A stretch of DNA of 64,000 bases from the IMG/VR virus record IMGVR_UViG_3300034061_005646, positions 1,155 to 65,154 of that record; one strand, written 5' to 3'. Under the pieces are notes generated by a model. The model saw nothing but the letters and a program-made list of their open reading frames with translations, searched no databases and was not told the origin of the DNA. This document shows, piece after piece, positions 20,667 through 31,948 of this stretch. The DNA comes from a virus (lineage: Duplodnaviria > Caudoviricetes). Both the position numbers and the translations under genes were made by a program. Every line of letters begins with the position of its first letter. The stretch's first letter is position 1.

Positions 20667-22166
20667 TTATCTAGCTGATGCTAATTTTTTAGAAGAGTTT
20701 TTGTCAGTAGTAATTTCAGAAATTTGATATGATCTTATAAATTGATTTACTTCTGGTTCATAAGACTTAAGCATTTTTACAACTTCTGCTGTTGTAATGG
20801 TTACTCCTACTTTTGCGGCATATATCATTACACCATCAATCAATTTGGTAATTGTTGTTGAAGCAATAATTTTTCTATCTGTTTCTGCATTTGCAGCAGC
20901 ATTCGATTCAGAAACGCCATCTATGTGTGTAATTTCAGTGTATTCAAGAGCGTTTTGTATAACATCAAATATTGTATTTCCTAAATATTTTGAGTCGTCA
21001 GAAGTTGAGAAAGTGCTTGTTTTTGCATTTTTTAAAACTGTTTCATATGATATTCCTGCTGTGGCACCGTTTTTATCTGGTTCATCAAGGTCTGTTTCTT
21101 TAAGTAAAACATATGGTTTAACAGATCCATTTGGCAAAAGAACCTCTCTTTCTACAGCATTTCCACCTTCGTCTTTTGTAGTAACCTTTACTTTTTTAAT
21201 ACCCATTGCTTGATATTCTTCTGTAGCACTTGTCATGTCTACCCAATTAACAGGTTGTGCTTTTCCATTTTTGAATGTAGCGCCTTTGTTTGCTTTTGCA
21301 TCATTCCAATACAAATCTGGTTGTTTTGTAGCTGAACCGCCTCCACCACCGCTTGCAGCAGCTTGTTTTATTTTAGCTCCCATTAATCTATTTTGTTCTT
21401 GACCAAGCACAAAATTTTGATCGGTGACCATTTTATAATAACCTCTTCCTTCTGCTGGGTTATATACCTGAGCATAGTTATCGGCTTGTCTTTTTGCAAC
21501 ACTTTCTGTTTTACCTGATTTAAGTGCATGTGCATAGATTTCTTCTGGAGTCCAAAATTCGTCTCTCATTCCACGAATCGGATCTGGAACTTCAAATGTT
21601 GTATCTTCAACTCCACCATAAAATGCTGTTTTGTAATCTCCAGAATGAATTCCAACAATGGCATCATTTGGATTTACATAAGAAATAGATCCATCTTTAC
21701 CTACAACTTTGACGTTCATAAAGTGTTCTTTTCCGTTTAGCAAGCCTTTTCTATAATCTTCAACCATACGAGAAGATTGCATACCAAAAGCAAATTCTTC
21801 TGAGCCTAATACGTTGCTTGCGAATTCGCTCATTTTTGCAGAACCGCCATTTGCAATAAACCCTTGTACTGAGGAATAATGCTTCATTTCTTCAAGCAGT
21901 TTATTCTTTTCTTCAACGTATTTTTTTTCAAAAGCCTGTTTATTACCCAATGGCATATTAACACCTCGCTCAAGCATTTGAGCAAAGCTGTCTTCCATTT
22001 CTTTTAGCTTGGCTTGTTCTCTACCCTGAAACCGTTCTTCAGCACCCATATAGGTATTAAACTGCTGAAGCTCGGCCATCTTATTTTGCATAAGCTGTTG
22101 CCAAGGAAATTCATTTTTTTCAGCGCCTTTATCAAGTTCGCCAACGTATAAGTTAAATCCTGCCAT
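20667..22166 (-). CDS. Putative internal virion/ejection (cargo) protein
   Basis: 499 aa, helical N-terminus, Gly linker; lies between muzzle and vRNAP genes. Confidence 0.5.
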   Translation of the reverse strand: MAGFNLYVGELDKGAEKNEFPWQQLMQNKMAELQQFNTYMGAEERFQGREQAKLKEMEDSFAQMLERGVNMPLGNKQAFEKKYVEEKNKLLEEMKHYSSVQGFIANGGSAKMSEFASNVLGSEEFAFGMQSSRMVEDYRKGLLNGKEHFMNVKVVGKDGSISYVNPNDAIVGIHSGDYKTAFYGGVEDTTFEVPDPIRGMRDEFWTPEEIYAHALKSGKTESVAKRQADNYAQVYNPAEGRGYYKMVTDQNFVLGQEQNRLMGAKIKQAAASGGGGGSATKQPDLYWNDAKANKGATFKNGKAQPVNWVDMTSATEEYQAMGIKKVKVTTKDEGGNAVEREVLLPNGSVKPYVLLKETDLDEPDKNGATAGISYETVLKNAKTSTFSTSDDSKYLGNTIFDVIQNALEYTEITHIDGVSESNAAANAETDRKIIASTTITKLIDGVMIYAAKVGVTITTAEVVKMLKSYEPEVNQFIRSYQISEITTDKNSSKKLASAR

Positions 22167-22168
22167 AA

Positions 22169-23071
22169 TTATTTTTTGCCTACTGTTATTGGTTTGCGAT
22201 TTAAATAGAAATCTTTTACTGCATCTTCATCATCAATGAATCCTAATATTTCTTTATAATCGTTTGTTGGTCTTCGGTCACCACCATTGTCTTCTTTAAT
22301 ATCGTAATTTCTGATATAGTCTGGTATTCTATCTTTATTTGTCGGGTCTGGTAAAGTTTTATCAAGACCTGCAGCAGACAAAGCCAATAAAATATTAGCA
22401 GCCATCATATTTCGCTGTGTGCCATTTTTACCCCATTGTTCTTCATACGAACCCGCTTGTGCAAGACTTCCCATCCCTGAGTTAATTCTGCTCATTGCAC
22501 CGGCTGTATTTTCCATATCAAGCTTAATCTCTTGCATATGGTTACGGTACTTGCTTTCGTATGAATATTGTTGATCTTTGAGCTTATTTAACTTATCTTG
22601 AACAACAAGGTTTTCAAGGTTTCCTGCAACCGACATAGATTGAACGCGTCTTGCTTCCATTTCTTTATCAATAGAAAGATTAGCAAGGTTTAACACATCA
22701 TCTGCAGCAGCTACGTTTGATTGAACAAATGCCCTACTTCCACCAGAACGAGCAATGGCTGAGTTAACAGCATCATTTTTATTGTTACGTGCGCGTATAC
22801 GTGCAGCATAATCATCCATTCCAACAAATGCATCACGTACAGCCTTATCCCTTAACCCGGGTAAAACAGCACTTGTTTGGTAAGTAGATTCATATACAGG
22901 CGCGTTGATATCATCATCTTTAATCATTCCCCATATTCCAAGTCCCAAATCCATGGCACCTTGAGCCCCGCCAATAAATGTTTGTGGCTGAAACCCAGCA
23001 ATGGTTGTTGGATTTTCGATGTCATACAAAAGATTGGGCAATCTTTCTCTTGCGTTAATTGGTGTATTCAT
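22169..23071 (-). CDS. Putative ejection/cargo protein
   Basis: 300 aa; Gly-rich hydrophobic segment GGAQGAMDLGLGIWG and Ala/Asn/Gln-rich helices. Confidence 0.5.
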   Translation of the reverse strand: MNTPINARERLPNLLYDIENPTTIAGFQPQTFIGGAQGAMDLGLGIWGMIKDDDINAPVYESTYQTSAVLPGLRDKAVRDAFVGMDDYAARIRARNNKNDAVNSAIARSGGSRAFVQSNVAAADDVLNLANLSIDKEMEARRVQSMSVAGNLENLVVQDKLNKLKDQQYSYESKYRNHMQEIKLDMENTAGAMSRINSGMGSLAQAGSYEEQWGKNGTQRNMMAANILLALSAAGLDKTLPDPTNKDRIPDYIRNYDIKEDNGGDRRPTNDYKEILGFIDDEDAVKDFYLNRKPITVGKK

Positions 23072-23073
23072 TG

Positions 23074-23532
23074 TTAAATGTATTGGTATTCGCTACCAAT
23101 AGCGTTATAATAAGATGATAAATTATCTTCTCTTGTTTTTCCTTCAAAAGACTTTATTAATAGCTCATTTGATCGCTGCTTAATGAAATTGTTTTGAATT
23201 CTTAATGATTCCTGATTAGCGTTGTATTCTGATGCTGCTGCTTGTGCTTCTTCATCAGCATTTTGTGATTTTACAGCACTCCATATTCCGCTTCCTAAAC
23301 CAATAAGTCCACCAACAACGGCTCCAACTGGAGCACCTACACCGCCTAATAAAGCGCCTGTTGCTGCTCCTGATCCTGCACCTGATAAGGTGGACATTCC
23401 TATGTCTTTAAATCCATCCCAAAAACCATAATTGTCGCTTTCGTCCATTTTTTGTCCTGGTACTTCAAGCTTTTGTAAACCGGAAAAATTTTGACCGGCA
23501 CCTCCTTGTAAAAATTGATTTCTTGCATCCAT
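23074..23532 (-). CDS. Glycine-zipper ejection/pilot protein
   Basis: GAGSGAATGALLGGVGAPVGAVVGGLIGLGSGIW membrane-type segment followed by coiled coil. Confidence 0.6.
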   Translation of the reverse strand: MDARNQFLQGGAGQNFSGLQKLEVPGQKMDESDNYGFWDGFKDIGMSTLSGAGSGAATGALLGGVGAPVGAVVGGLIGLGSGIWSAVKSQNADEEAQAAASEYNANQESLRIQNNFIKQRSNELLIKSFEGKTREDNLSSYYNAIGSEYQYI

Positions 23533-23534
23533 TG

Positions 23535-26500
23535 TTATGATGATTTTCTATAAATATGCTTAACGCTGTGTACAGCAAATTTCTTAAAATAATTGGTGAA
23601 TTTATACTTTACAATAATAAATACTCCCCTTACCCTTTCTTTGCCGCGTGAAGATTGAAAATATGGCACAGCAAACCTATACTCATTTAACCTTTTCTTT
23701 ACAAGCTCTTGAGTTACAATGGTATCTTCGTTTTGCTGTGCACCCATTACATTAACTGTTAAATCAGGTTCTACAGTATCGGCAGCAATTACACCATTAT
23801 CATATACAAATTGGTCAGAGTTTACGTTTACTACACCTGATTCTAATGCTCCTTTAGTTGAATTTAAAACCACATGAAGCTCACATTGTGGTTCACATAT
23901 AGCAGACATTTCTTTTATGTTTAATACAATTGCTGTAAAACCTGAGCCAGATCCAACCTTTTGATATAAACACAGTGGACTTTCAAAGTTTTCTAAAGCT
24001 TCAAATTCAAAGGTTATTTCTTTTAAACCGCTTGCTACATCATAATTTTCTTCAGAAATAACAGTCATGTATGGTTCAAATATCTTATGAGGCTGTAAAG
24101 CTATCTCTCCTGATGCTGAACTGCTAATAGTTAAGTCTGCTACAATTTTGTATTTATAGTACTTTTTAAATAAAAAGTCTTTTTTGGTTACCATTATTAG
24201 AAAGCCGTTTGGTACTGAGCTTGCTATTCCAGATACATTAGCTTTGGTTATTGGACCATCAGATAATGTAAATGATATTGGATTAAAAGTAGCTATTGCA
24301 ACAGCTCCAGAAGTAGAAAATATAAAAGCTTGATATGGATCTGAGTAACCAAACGAAGGCAAAGGTTCTGTATTTTTGTATAATGTAGTTTCTTCGCTTG
24401 TTTCATACACAATTTCTGCTTTGTTATGAAGCGGAACATGAGCTTGGTTTTCTTGTAAAAATTGACTCCCTATTGAAGCCTTATCGCTAACATTTTCAAA
24501 AAGCTTAAGCGTTTCATCATAATGAAATGTTAATATATCAAAAGTTGCTTTTGATATAATGCACGGAGCAAATGAAATAATTGAACTTCCAAAAATAAAA
24601 CTTGCTCTAAATGTTATAGGATCTGTTTCAATTTTATAACATAGAAAGCCAGAAACGGTTCCTAATTCTTTTATTGTTCCAATAAGTTTAAATCCGCTAC
24701 CATTAACAATTACAACATCTCCAATAATAAGGTTTTTATTTAATGCCTTTACCCAAAAAAAACCACCACTAAGTATTACTTCAGATTCGTCTTCTGTTTT
24801 GTTTGAAACAGTAATATAAACCTCGTTATTTTGGTTATTGTAGTTCATCCAATAACCAATGTGCTTATTTTTATTAACTTCATTTGAAATGCCAATAGAA
24901 AATATTGTTTTGAACGAAGCCATTAAGCTTAAATCTATTGGCGGCTTTTGTCCATCTGTAATACAAAAGCTATCTGTATATGGATCTATAAAATAAACGC
25001 CATAATCAGTTCTAAGCACCCTGTCAGTTGTTCCTTTTGTTTCTGATGTACTTTCTTCTCTTGAAGTAAGATATGATCCATCACCAACTGCTACTTTAGT
25101 TCCTGCTGTCGTTTGTAGCAACTCTTTATCATTTGGAAACAAAACCATAACACCCCGTTCAAAAAACACGTATAACAAACCAAAAGTATCTTCTACGGCT
25201 GTTATTGCTCCAAGATTGCCTTGCATGTCAACAATATTGTTGGATAGCAATTTACCAAATGGATTAAACTTTGAGTTGATTTCTTTTGGTAAGGTGTAAA
25301 TAAGCGTATTATTAAATACAGTTGTAAGCTTTAAAAAGTTGTCTTTAATCAAAACAAATTTAAGCCAGCTATTTGAAATGGAATAGTCGCGGTTAATTGT
25401 AAGCTTGTTATAGTCTGGATCAAACTCTCCGTTAGTTATAAACCAACCTTCGTTACCCATAGCATAATTCATACGGCTTAATACCGGCATTTGCCAAAAC
25501 CAAACGCTTGCATCTGTTGCTGATGTGTTTTGGTCATATGTTATTGGATAAGCAATTGGCTTCATTACAGTACCTGCATAACAATCGCCTCCAAAAAACC
25601 CTTGATATTTGCTATCGTATTTGTAAGTCAAATCTATTTCATGTCCTGTGTCTTCATAGTTTATAAGTCCTATTTCGGTTGATGGCTGCTCTTTTTTTAT
25701 AATCTGAGCCATATATGTTCTTGAAAATAAAGATAAATCTTCTTTTGTTTTAAAAAAAATAATTGTTCTTTCAGCGCCATTTACATCTTTTGTATATAGA
25801 GAAGCAATTTCTTCAGTAGAAGCATCAAACCAGACTATTTTAGGAGTAATGTCTTCCGCTTCCATTGCATATGGTGTTCTTACTAACGCATATTTTGCTC
25901 CATTGTAATCAATATATCGAAGCATGTCTCTTTGTGAACTATAAGATACATAATAGTTAATTCTGTCGCCATTTGCGGGATAATCTTTTTTAAACGAATT
26001 AAAGCCTAACATGTCAGGCGCAAAAACAAGTTTTCTTTCTGATTCGCTTGCAAGTGTATCTATAAGGCACCAATATCTTTCATCTCTTAAATTGCTTTTT
26101 TGTTTTCTTACAAGCTTTGCTTTTTTAGCCCAAGAAGGAAAACTTCCACTCATTCTTACAGCAGATCCAAACATCCAAAAAGCAAAAGCTGATTGATCTT
26201 GTCTAATGTTAGGTGTTTGTCCTGTTGTGTAATGATCATGGTCGTTACCTATTTGCGATATAAAGTCAAACCAATTTTGACTATCTGAATTTTGTTTAAA
26301 TTCATGATTAGTAAAAAAAGCAGGTAATGGATCAGAATAATTTCCATATTCATCAATGAATACCCATGCGTATTCATAACTTTCTCCTATTTGTTGAGAC
26401 TTATACCATTGTTGGTTAAACCAACTTTTGTGTCCTTTAGGTATAGTTCCTGTAGTTCCTATTTGGTCAGATCCAATAAACTGAGCAGCTTTTACATTAA

Positions 26501-28568
26501 CTATATTTCCACCAATTACGTTTAGTTTTTCGGTATCTGACAAAACCGGATATTGTTCTTCATATCCTGCAATAACAAGTCTATTACTGTTAAAGCAAAA
26601 AGATTTAATATTTATTGGAACAATAAAAGGTTTTGTAATTTCGGATATATTAAGACCTCCTCTAACAACATCTATAACTCCTGTATATGTTTTAATAAAC
26701 TCGTAGTAGTCTTTGTTTTTAAGCTCTCCTTCATGAATTACGTTTACTACCGCGCTTCCGTATTGGCCGCTACCAGAAATTGCTTCAATTGAGTAAATTC
26801 TTACAAAATTATACCTTCTATCAATATCAGTTATTTTAACTTCAATGCTTTGCGTTGTTTTTGTACCTGCAGGAAAACCTTTATATCCGCGATTTTTTTC
26901 ACTAACCGGTGTTGGATAAGTAGTTGTTTCGCTTTCTTCATTAATAGTTTCTATGTTTTCTCTTGCAGATCCAATGTGTATAGCATTTGTATGAGTACTT
27001 GTTTTTGACCAATTAACTCCGTCAATAGATAATTCATAAGCAAATTGATAAGCGCCAACAAGTAAAGATCCTCCGGACCTATGCACATTAGAAACAAACA
27101 CTTTTCCAAAGTTTATAGGCTTATAAACTCTTGTATTAAAGTCAATGTCTGTTGTTGGTGGCTCTGAAATATTAAAGCTTCTTAAATGACCACTTTTTGC
27201 TGACCAATAAACAAATATGTTATTGTCAGATTCATAACGAATATGAATGTTTTTAATTTGATTGTTGATTGAAAAGTCAATGTTTTCAGTTGTATGAATA
27301 AGCTTTGTAAGAACTGGATTTGCATTGTTGTTAAAATCAATTTTGTAAATTAAAACCTCTTCATCATTACCGGCAATACAAAAAGCCAAAGCAATATTAA
27401 AAGACACTTTTATAAATTCGTGTATTTCAACAGGTATTGGCTTTTTTACATAAGATGCTGAATACGTTTGAATATGTTTTGTATAAGCATATGTTTGAGG
27501 AGAGCATTCGATTAGTTCTGAATTTTCTACATACGGAGAATACGTAAAGCTTGATCCGGACGGAATAACTAAAATACTTCCTGGAGCTTTTATTCCATCA
27601 GGTGTAGAAATATTAAATTCTGCCCCATCCCATGTATTTGTTAAATAACGAGTAGATTCATCAGACTTAATGTAAGACCCAGATTTTACATAATAGTATG
27701 TATCATGCTTTAAATAAACGGCACTTCCTTGTGGTTTTGTTTCTGAATATGTTTTCCATATTTCGTCTTTACCGGGAGTATAAAACGGAGCTGATACAGG
27801 AAATTTTGATGATGAACCATGTTCGCTTCCTTGACCCCATCCATAAATGTTAATAGTGCCTTTATCTGTTGTTCCAATTGGAAAACAGTCAATGTTAAAA
27901 TTTGTATTTTCTGCAAGTTTTGCTTCAAGATACCATGTATAATCTGTAAAAGCAGGATCATTATGAAGTAATTCTGGTATAATATTAGATTGCCCTTCCA
28001 TTGTTCCATGCTTTTTAGCAGTTAAAACAATTCCTTGTTTGTCTATTGTTGACACTAATGCGTTATACCGAGCAACAACATGCTCACATATTCTTCGTTC
28101 AACGCTTAATCCACCAGCTAATGATAAAGCAAAAGAAGCACCTGTATTACTATATCCACCAAAGTTTACAAAATCAACTCTAACACGACATTGGTTAGAT
28201 GCGTCTTGTCTGCAATAAACATGTATAGTGCCAACAAGTGTGGTGTTTTTATAAAAACCAATTCCAAATCTTCTTCCGTCTGCTGAAGTAACATCAGGTC
28301 CTATTATGCTTTCTACATATCCTGTTTTAATTCCTATAATGGGGTATATATGGGCAATGTTTGGTTTTTCAGCTATTTCTTCAGCAGGTACAAATGGTAT
28401 TGTAAATACGTGCTTTGTTCCATCATCTGAAACAAACTTAAAGTTACCAGATCCATTGTTAAATATTTTACCATTTCGAATTAAACGACAATCTCCACCA
28501 AGCGATTTAATATTTGATGGGTGAGTATCCGAATCTATTTTGCTGAAAGCGTCTTGACTTTTTTGCAT
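23535..28568 (-). CDS. Tail stabilisation / muzzle protein (P22 gp10-like, crAss muzzle)
   Basis: 1677 aa, beta-rich. GSLLVGAYQFAYEL, NRLVIAG, GESYEYAWVFIDEYG.YS, FGGDCY, GVYFID and RVRG motifs; follows the tubular/ring protein gene. Confidence 0.75.
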   Translation of the reverse strand: MQKSQDAFSKIDSDTHPSNIKSLGGDCRLIRNGKIFNNGSGNFKFVSDDGTKHVFTIPFVPAEEIAEKPNIAHIYPIIGIKTGYVESIIGPDVTSADGRRFGIGFYKNTTLVGTIHVYCRQDASNQCRVRVDFVNFGGYSNTGASFALSLAGGLSVERRICEHVVARYNALVSTIDKQGIVLTAKKHGTMEGQSNIIPELLHNDPAFTDYTWYLEAKLAENTNFNIDCFPIGTTDKGTINIYGWGQGSEHGSSSKFPVSAPFYTPGKDEIWKTYSETKPQGSAVYLKHDTYYYVKSGSYIKSDESTRYLTNTWDGAEFNISTPDGIKAPGSILVIPSGSSFTYSPYVENSELIECSPQTYAYTKHIQTYSASYVKKPIPVEIHEFIKVSFNIALAFCIAGNDEEVLIYKIDFNNNANPVLTKLIHTTENIDFSINNQIKNIHIRYESDNNIFVYWSAKSGHLRSFNISEPPTTDIDFNTRVYKPINFGKVFVSNVHRSGGSLLVGAYQFAYELSIDGVNWSKTSTHTNAIHIGSARENIETINEESETTTYPTPVSEKNRGYKGFPAGTKTTQSIEVKITDIDRRYNFVRIYSIEAISGSGQYGSAVVNVIHEGELKNKDYYEFIKTYTGVIDVVRGGLNISEITKPFIVPINIKSFCFNSNRLVIAGYEEQYPVLSDTEKLNVIGGNIVNVKAAQFIGSDQIGTTGTIPKGHKSWFNQQWYKSQQIGESYEYAWVFIDEYGNYSDPLPAFFTNHEFKQNSDSQNWFDFISQIGNDHDHYTTGQTPNIRQDQSAFAFWMFGSAVRMSGSFPSWAKKAKLVRKQKSNLRDERYWCLIDTLASESERKLVFAPDMLGFNSFKKDYPANGDRINYYVSYSSQRDMLRYIDYNGAKYALVRTPYAMEAEDITPKIVWFDASTEEIASLYTKDVNGAERTIIFFKTKEDLSLFSRTYMAQIIKKEQPSTEIGLINYEDTGHEIDLTYKYDSKYQGFFGGDCYAGTVMKPIAYPITYDQNTSATDASVWFWQMPVLSRMNYAMGNEGWFITNGEFDPDYNKLTINRDYSISNSWLKFVLIKDNFLKLTTVFNNTLIYTLPKEINSKFNPFGKLLSNNIVDMQGNLGAITAVEDTFGLLYVFFERGVMVLFPNDKELLQTTAGTKVAVGDGSYLTSREESTSETKGTTDRVLRTDYGVYFIDPYTDSFCITDGQKPPIDLSLMASFKTIFSIGISNEVNKNKHIGYWMNYNNQNNEVYITVSNKTEDESEVILSGGFFWVKALNKNLIIGDVVIVNGSGFKLIGTIKELGTVSGFLCYKIETDPITFRASFIFGSSIISFAPCIISKATFDILTFHYDETLKLFENVSDKASIGSQFLQENQAHVPLHNKAEIVYETSEETTLYKNTEPLPSFGYSDPYQAFIFSTSGAVAIATFNPISFTLSDGPITKANVSGIASSVPNGFLIMVTKKDFLFKKYYKYKIVADLTISSSASGEIALQPHKIFEPYMTVISEENYDVASGLKEITFEFEALENFESPLCLYQKVGSGSGFTAIVLNIKEMSAICEPQCELHVVLNSTKGALESGVVNVNSDQFVYDNGVIAADTVEPDLTVNVMGAQQNEDTIVTQELVKKRLNEYRFAVPYFQSSRGKERVRGVFIIVKYKFTNYFKKFAVHSVKHIYRKSS

Positions 28569-29254
28569 TATCCAAGTGAATTAAAGTTTTTATATCCTCT
28601 TGCACTGTTAAGAGGTGATTTAGTATGCCAGATAGTGTGAATTAATTGTCTTTCATCATCTGATGGAGTATCAATGTCTTGCATTGCAATTGCAGATTCA
28701 TTTTTCCATGATACCTCAGCATCTTTAAAAAGTCCTCTTCCAAACCTTCCTTTTGCTGTTTGGTAAATTCTATAAGCCTCTTCTTTACGAATGTACCAAA
28801 TTATAGCTTCTTGCATTACTGAAGGAACCATTGGCTCTCCTTCTTCGTTCAAATCAAAAGCTCTTAAATCAATTACGGCTTGCTTTCCTTCCATTGACGC
28901 CCTCATAACCTTATTAAGTATTATTGTATTGCCGGATACGGTATATGTAGGTCCGTAAGTTTGGTCTTCAATTGCGCTACCGGCAATTGACTCAACATCC
29001 ATAGCATAAATAAGTCTTTGCCCGTTAATGCTAATTGATCGAACATAAAAAAATTCTGCTGGATGATCTATAACTATACGACCATTTGATACTGTTTTTT
29101 TGTACTCAAACTTAGAAAGCGCACCAATAGTACCCATTAATTCAATTGCGCGATAAGCATACCTAAGATAAGTATTAAATTTTCTTGCGCTTATGTCTTC
29201 TTCTGCCGCAAGATAAACAATTTGAGAAAGACTGACTTTTTTAATAACTTCCAT
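28568..29254 (-). CDS. Tail tubular / ring protein
   Basis: 228 aa; GEPMVP...EAIIWYI motif, immediately upstream of the muzzle gene. Confidence 0.65.
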   Translation of the reverse strand: MEVIKKVSLSQIVYLAAEEDISARKFNTYLRYAYRAIELMGTIGALSKFEYKKTVSNGRIVIDHPAEFFYVRSISINGQRLIYAMDVESIAGSAIEDQTYGPTYTVSGNTIILNKVMRASMEGKQAVIDLRAFDLNEEGEPMVPSVMQEAIIWYIRKEEAYRIYQTAKGRFGRGLFKDAEVSWKNESAIAMQDIDTPSDDERQLIHTIWHTKSPLNSARGYKNFNSLG

Positions 29255-29852
29255 TTTTTATAGTTTTTGCAAGTCTATACATGAATTTGCTTGTTAACGA
29301 ATAAGTTCTTTTTTCATTCAAATATCGATTAATAATCTCTTTTTTAGAATTATTTGTAAATTCAATGCTTAATCTACTTAGTTGAGAAAGTGGATTATAT
29401 TTCAATGGATTGATAGATGTTGTCTGCATAATTCTATAATCAGGCAGTTCTACAAACTGCTTTTCTTTCCATGGTTTATTTCTAGACTTAGGCAATTGAG
29501 CCTTTTTCTGATAAATCTCAATTCCAATAGCTCCAACATAAGCCAATTTTATTGGCATTCCATTGATAAGGTTTTCTTTTACAGCTAACGTGTAACTGTT
29601 AATAAATTCTTTGAATTCGGTTTTTGTGATAATCCTTTTACCGTCAAACAATACCGTTGGTCGGTATTCGAGTAAAAGGTCATAAAGCATACCCTCATTT
29701 ACATAAGTACAATATTCTCTGGAATTTTGATGCACGCTTCTTGATTGATGCATCTCAACAACTTTTTTAAAGCTGTTACTCCTCTTCTCCTTGCTGCTGT
29801 CGCTGAGTTTGTTGAGGGAACGGCCTAATCGTTTCTGAAGAGTTATTTTCAT
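29241..29852 (-). CDS. HU/IHF-like DNA-binding protein (crAss structural-module type)
   Basis: Basic protein with ENLINGMPIKLAYVGAIGIE resembling the HU/IHF core; conserved crAss-like position. True start may be downstream of 29852. Confidence 0.5.
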   Translation of the reverse strand: MKITLQKRLGRSLNKLSDSSKEKRSNSFKKVVEMHQSRSVHQNSREYCTYVNEGMLYDLLLEYRPTVLFDGKRIITKTEFKEFINSYTLAVKENLINGMPIKLAYVGAIGIEIYQKKAQLPKSRNKPWKEKQFVELPDYRIMQTTSINPLKYNPLSQLSRLSIEFTNNSKKEIINRYLNEKRTYSLTSKFMYRLAKTIKNGSY

Positions 29853-30444
29853 TTTCTTTCGGTCCTGACATTTTTATGAGATATGTGTTAAACATTACTT
29901 CAATTAAGTTGGTCAAATAGCCAGGGCTAAATGGAAATGGTGATACATCATTAAATGTTATATCATCAAAAGGATCATAAAGCACAGCAATTAAAGAAAC
30001 TTGGCTTGGTAATGATATGTTTGGCGCTGTTTTGATATATATCGTATTGCCTGACATGGCAACCTTGGCTTTTTTATTTGTGTAGCGATCATACTTGCTA
30101 TGCATAAACTTGACAAGAGAAACAGGTTCTACCGGAATTTCAGTATTTATGTTATTAAGCATACACTTAATCATGTACACCCCAGCACCTTCTCTTGTTT
30201 CATTTATTGTTGGTACAGATGCAGTGTAATAAAAACCGCCTTGTTCAACTACTTTGGTTAAACTTACAGTTATTTTTTGCAACCATTGATGGTCAAATAT
30301 AGGAGTAGCAAGAACAATGCTTGCACGAGCTTGAAAAGCAAGTTCATTTATGAAGGCATTTTGCAAAGACCTGTCTTCAGTATCAAAACCTTCTTGATAG
30401 GTATTAATAAAAGTCTGACGTATTTTTTGAAGTGTTAAACTCAT
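29776..30444 (-). CDS. Head-tail ring/adaptor protein
   Basis: 222 aa; IAVLYDP...PFPF motif; in the ring-protein cluster. Confidence 0.55.
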   Translation of the reverse strand: MSLTLQKIRQTFINTYQEGFDTEDRSLQNAFINELAFQARASIVLATPIFDHQWLQKITVSLTKVVEQGGFYYTASVPTINETREGAGVYMIKCMLNNINTEIPVEPVSLVKFMHSKYDRYTNKKAKVAMSGNTIYIKTAPNISLPSQVSLIAVLYDPFDDITFNDVSPFPFSPGYLTNLIEVMFNTYLIKMSGPKENENNSSETIRPFPQQTQRQQQGEEE

Positions 30445-31076
30445 GGTACAATTGGAAGCAATTTAGCACGTTCGGTTTCTTCAGCAACATTAAGCGCTAT
30501 TCTGAATGCTGTTGTAACTACATTTCTATGTTCAAGCTCTGGAAGTTCGCAAGAATCTACCTCAGTTATCAATTCTGGATTTTTGCAATAAATAAGTCTT
30601 GCGTTTGTTGGTTGCGTTAAAGAACAAAGAAGTATTTTGTTATTGTGCCAAATAATGTAAACATTATCAGTGTTGTTTGGCGTAGCAAAAGGATCTGAAA
30701 ACACTTGATTAATTTCATCATAGCTTTTTACAGTAACTTTTTGAGCTATTGTTGTTCCCCAACGTAATTGAATTGTTTCAAAGTGTCGGTAATCTTCAGG
30801 TAAATCAAAAAAGCAGGTTGCTCCAAACAACGAATTGTCTGGAGCATTGGGAGTAACATCAGCACTTTTGATTAAAGTATGTATCCCATCCAAGCTTCTT
30901 TGACTTTGACCTACAGATCCCGATTCGCTTTTTTGGTTTTTCTTTGGATAGTATGAGTCAACTATGGCAATGGTAGCTTTGTTTAAAAACCCAATAATAT
31001 CAACATCATCAAAAAATGGTGCCTGATACAAGTCTTTAAGGAGATTAAACTCCGTTATCATTTCCTCTGTTGTCAT
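30441..31076 (-). CDS. Head-tail ring/adaptor protein
   Basis: MTTEEM..EF..L...I..FLNKA, LPEDY, Y.KNP and CELPE..H motifs typical of crAss-like adaptor rings. Confidence 0.65.
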   Translation of the reverse strand: MTTEEMITEFNLLKDLYQAPFFDDVDIIGFLNKATIAIVDSYYPKKNQKSESGSVGQSQRSLDGIHTLIKSADVTPNAPDNSLFGATCFFDLPEDYRHFETIQLRWGTTIAQKVTVKSYDEINQVFSDPFATPNNTDNVYIIWHNNKILLCSLTQPTNARLIYCKNPELITEVDSCELPELEHRNVVTTAFRIALNVAEETERAKLLPIVP

Positions 31077-31081
31077 TTTTA

Positions 31082-31927
31082 TTATCCCTCAACTTCTTGT
31101 TTAATCATTGCATAGATTGAAGCGTTTTGTTTAAGATACCTTCTAATAGACTCAACGCTTGAACCAAGCTCATAACGATTGTATAAATACATGCCAGACT
31201 GCTCTTTAAGCACTCCATTTGTAATTGCAGCATGTATCATCAAAATGGTTTCGTTATCATCATTCATAGAAACATTTACAATAACTTCTGGATTTTCTTT
31301 AGCAAGATTCATTAAGCTAATGTACAAATCATCCGGCTCTGTTTCTAATGTTGGAACTCCAACAAGAATGCACAAATTCTTTCTTTGCTCTTCAGTAGCT
31401 TCATTTACAATGCGAACAGCTTGTGCAAACGCTGTTGTAGTTTTAAGTTTTGTTTCTTTTTCTTTGGCCAATGAAACAATTTTGAAGAAAATATCATCGC
31501 GTTGGTTAAGCGATCCATACACAAACGGCTCAGTCATTAAAGCCAAAAACATATTGTAGTCATAGTCCTTTTTTAAGTCAAGAGGAGTCTCTGGCTTAGT
31601 AATATTGTAACGACCAAGTTTTGTTTTGTCGTCTTTGTCTTTGTACTGATATCCAAAAATTTCACCTGTACGCGGGTTTCTGTAAGAAGAAACACCAATC
31701 ATTTGAAGACGTTTTTTGTCTTCTTTTACATAAGTAACTTTTATCTTACCTAATGCTTGAATTTTCTTTTTTTGGATTTTACCATCTTCATCAAGATAGT
31801 CTCTGATTTTTAAAATAGGACCCGTTTCTCCAAGATTAACTTGTGCTTTTGGAGGCATTACTTTACTTGGAATTGCATTTGATACATCAATGTCTAATTC
31901 ACCTAGATCTTTTTTCTTATTGTTCAT
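31082..31927 (-). CDS. Conserved crAss-like protein downstream of the major capsid gene
   Basis: 281 aa; C-terminal AI..GVL....G.Y.Y....LG...E....YL motif; position after MCP. Confidence 0.55.
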   Translation of the reverse strand: MNNKKKDLGELDIDVSNAIPSKVMPPKAQVNLGETGPILKIRDYLDEDGKIQKKKIQALGKIKVTYVKEDKKRLQMIGVSSYRNPRTGEIFGYQYKDKDDKTKLGRYNITKPETPLDLKKDYDYNMFLALMTEPFVYGSLNQRDDIFFKIVSLAKEKETKLKTTTAFAQAVRIVNEATEEQRKNLCILVGVPTLETEPDDLYISLMNLAKENPEVIVNVSMNDDNETILMIHAAITNGVLKEQSGMYLYNRYELGSSVESIRRYLKQNASIYAMIKQEVEG

Positions 31928-31948
31928 TTTGTTGATTTATTTGATACA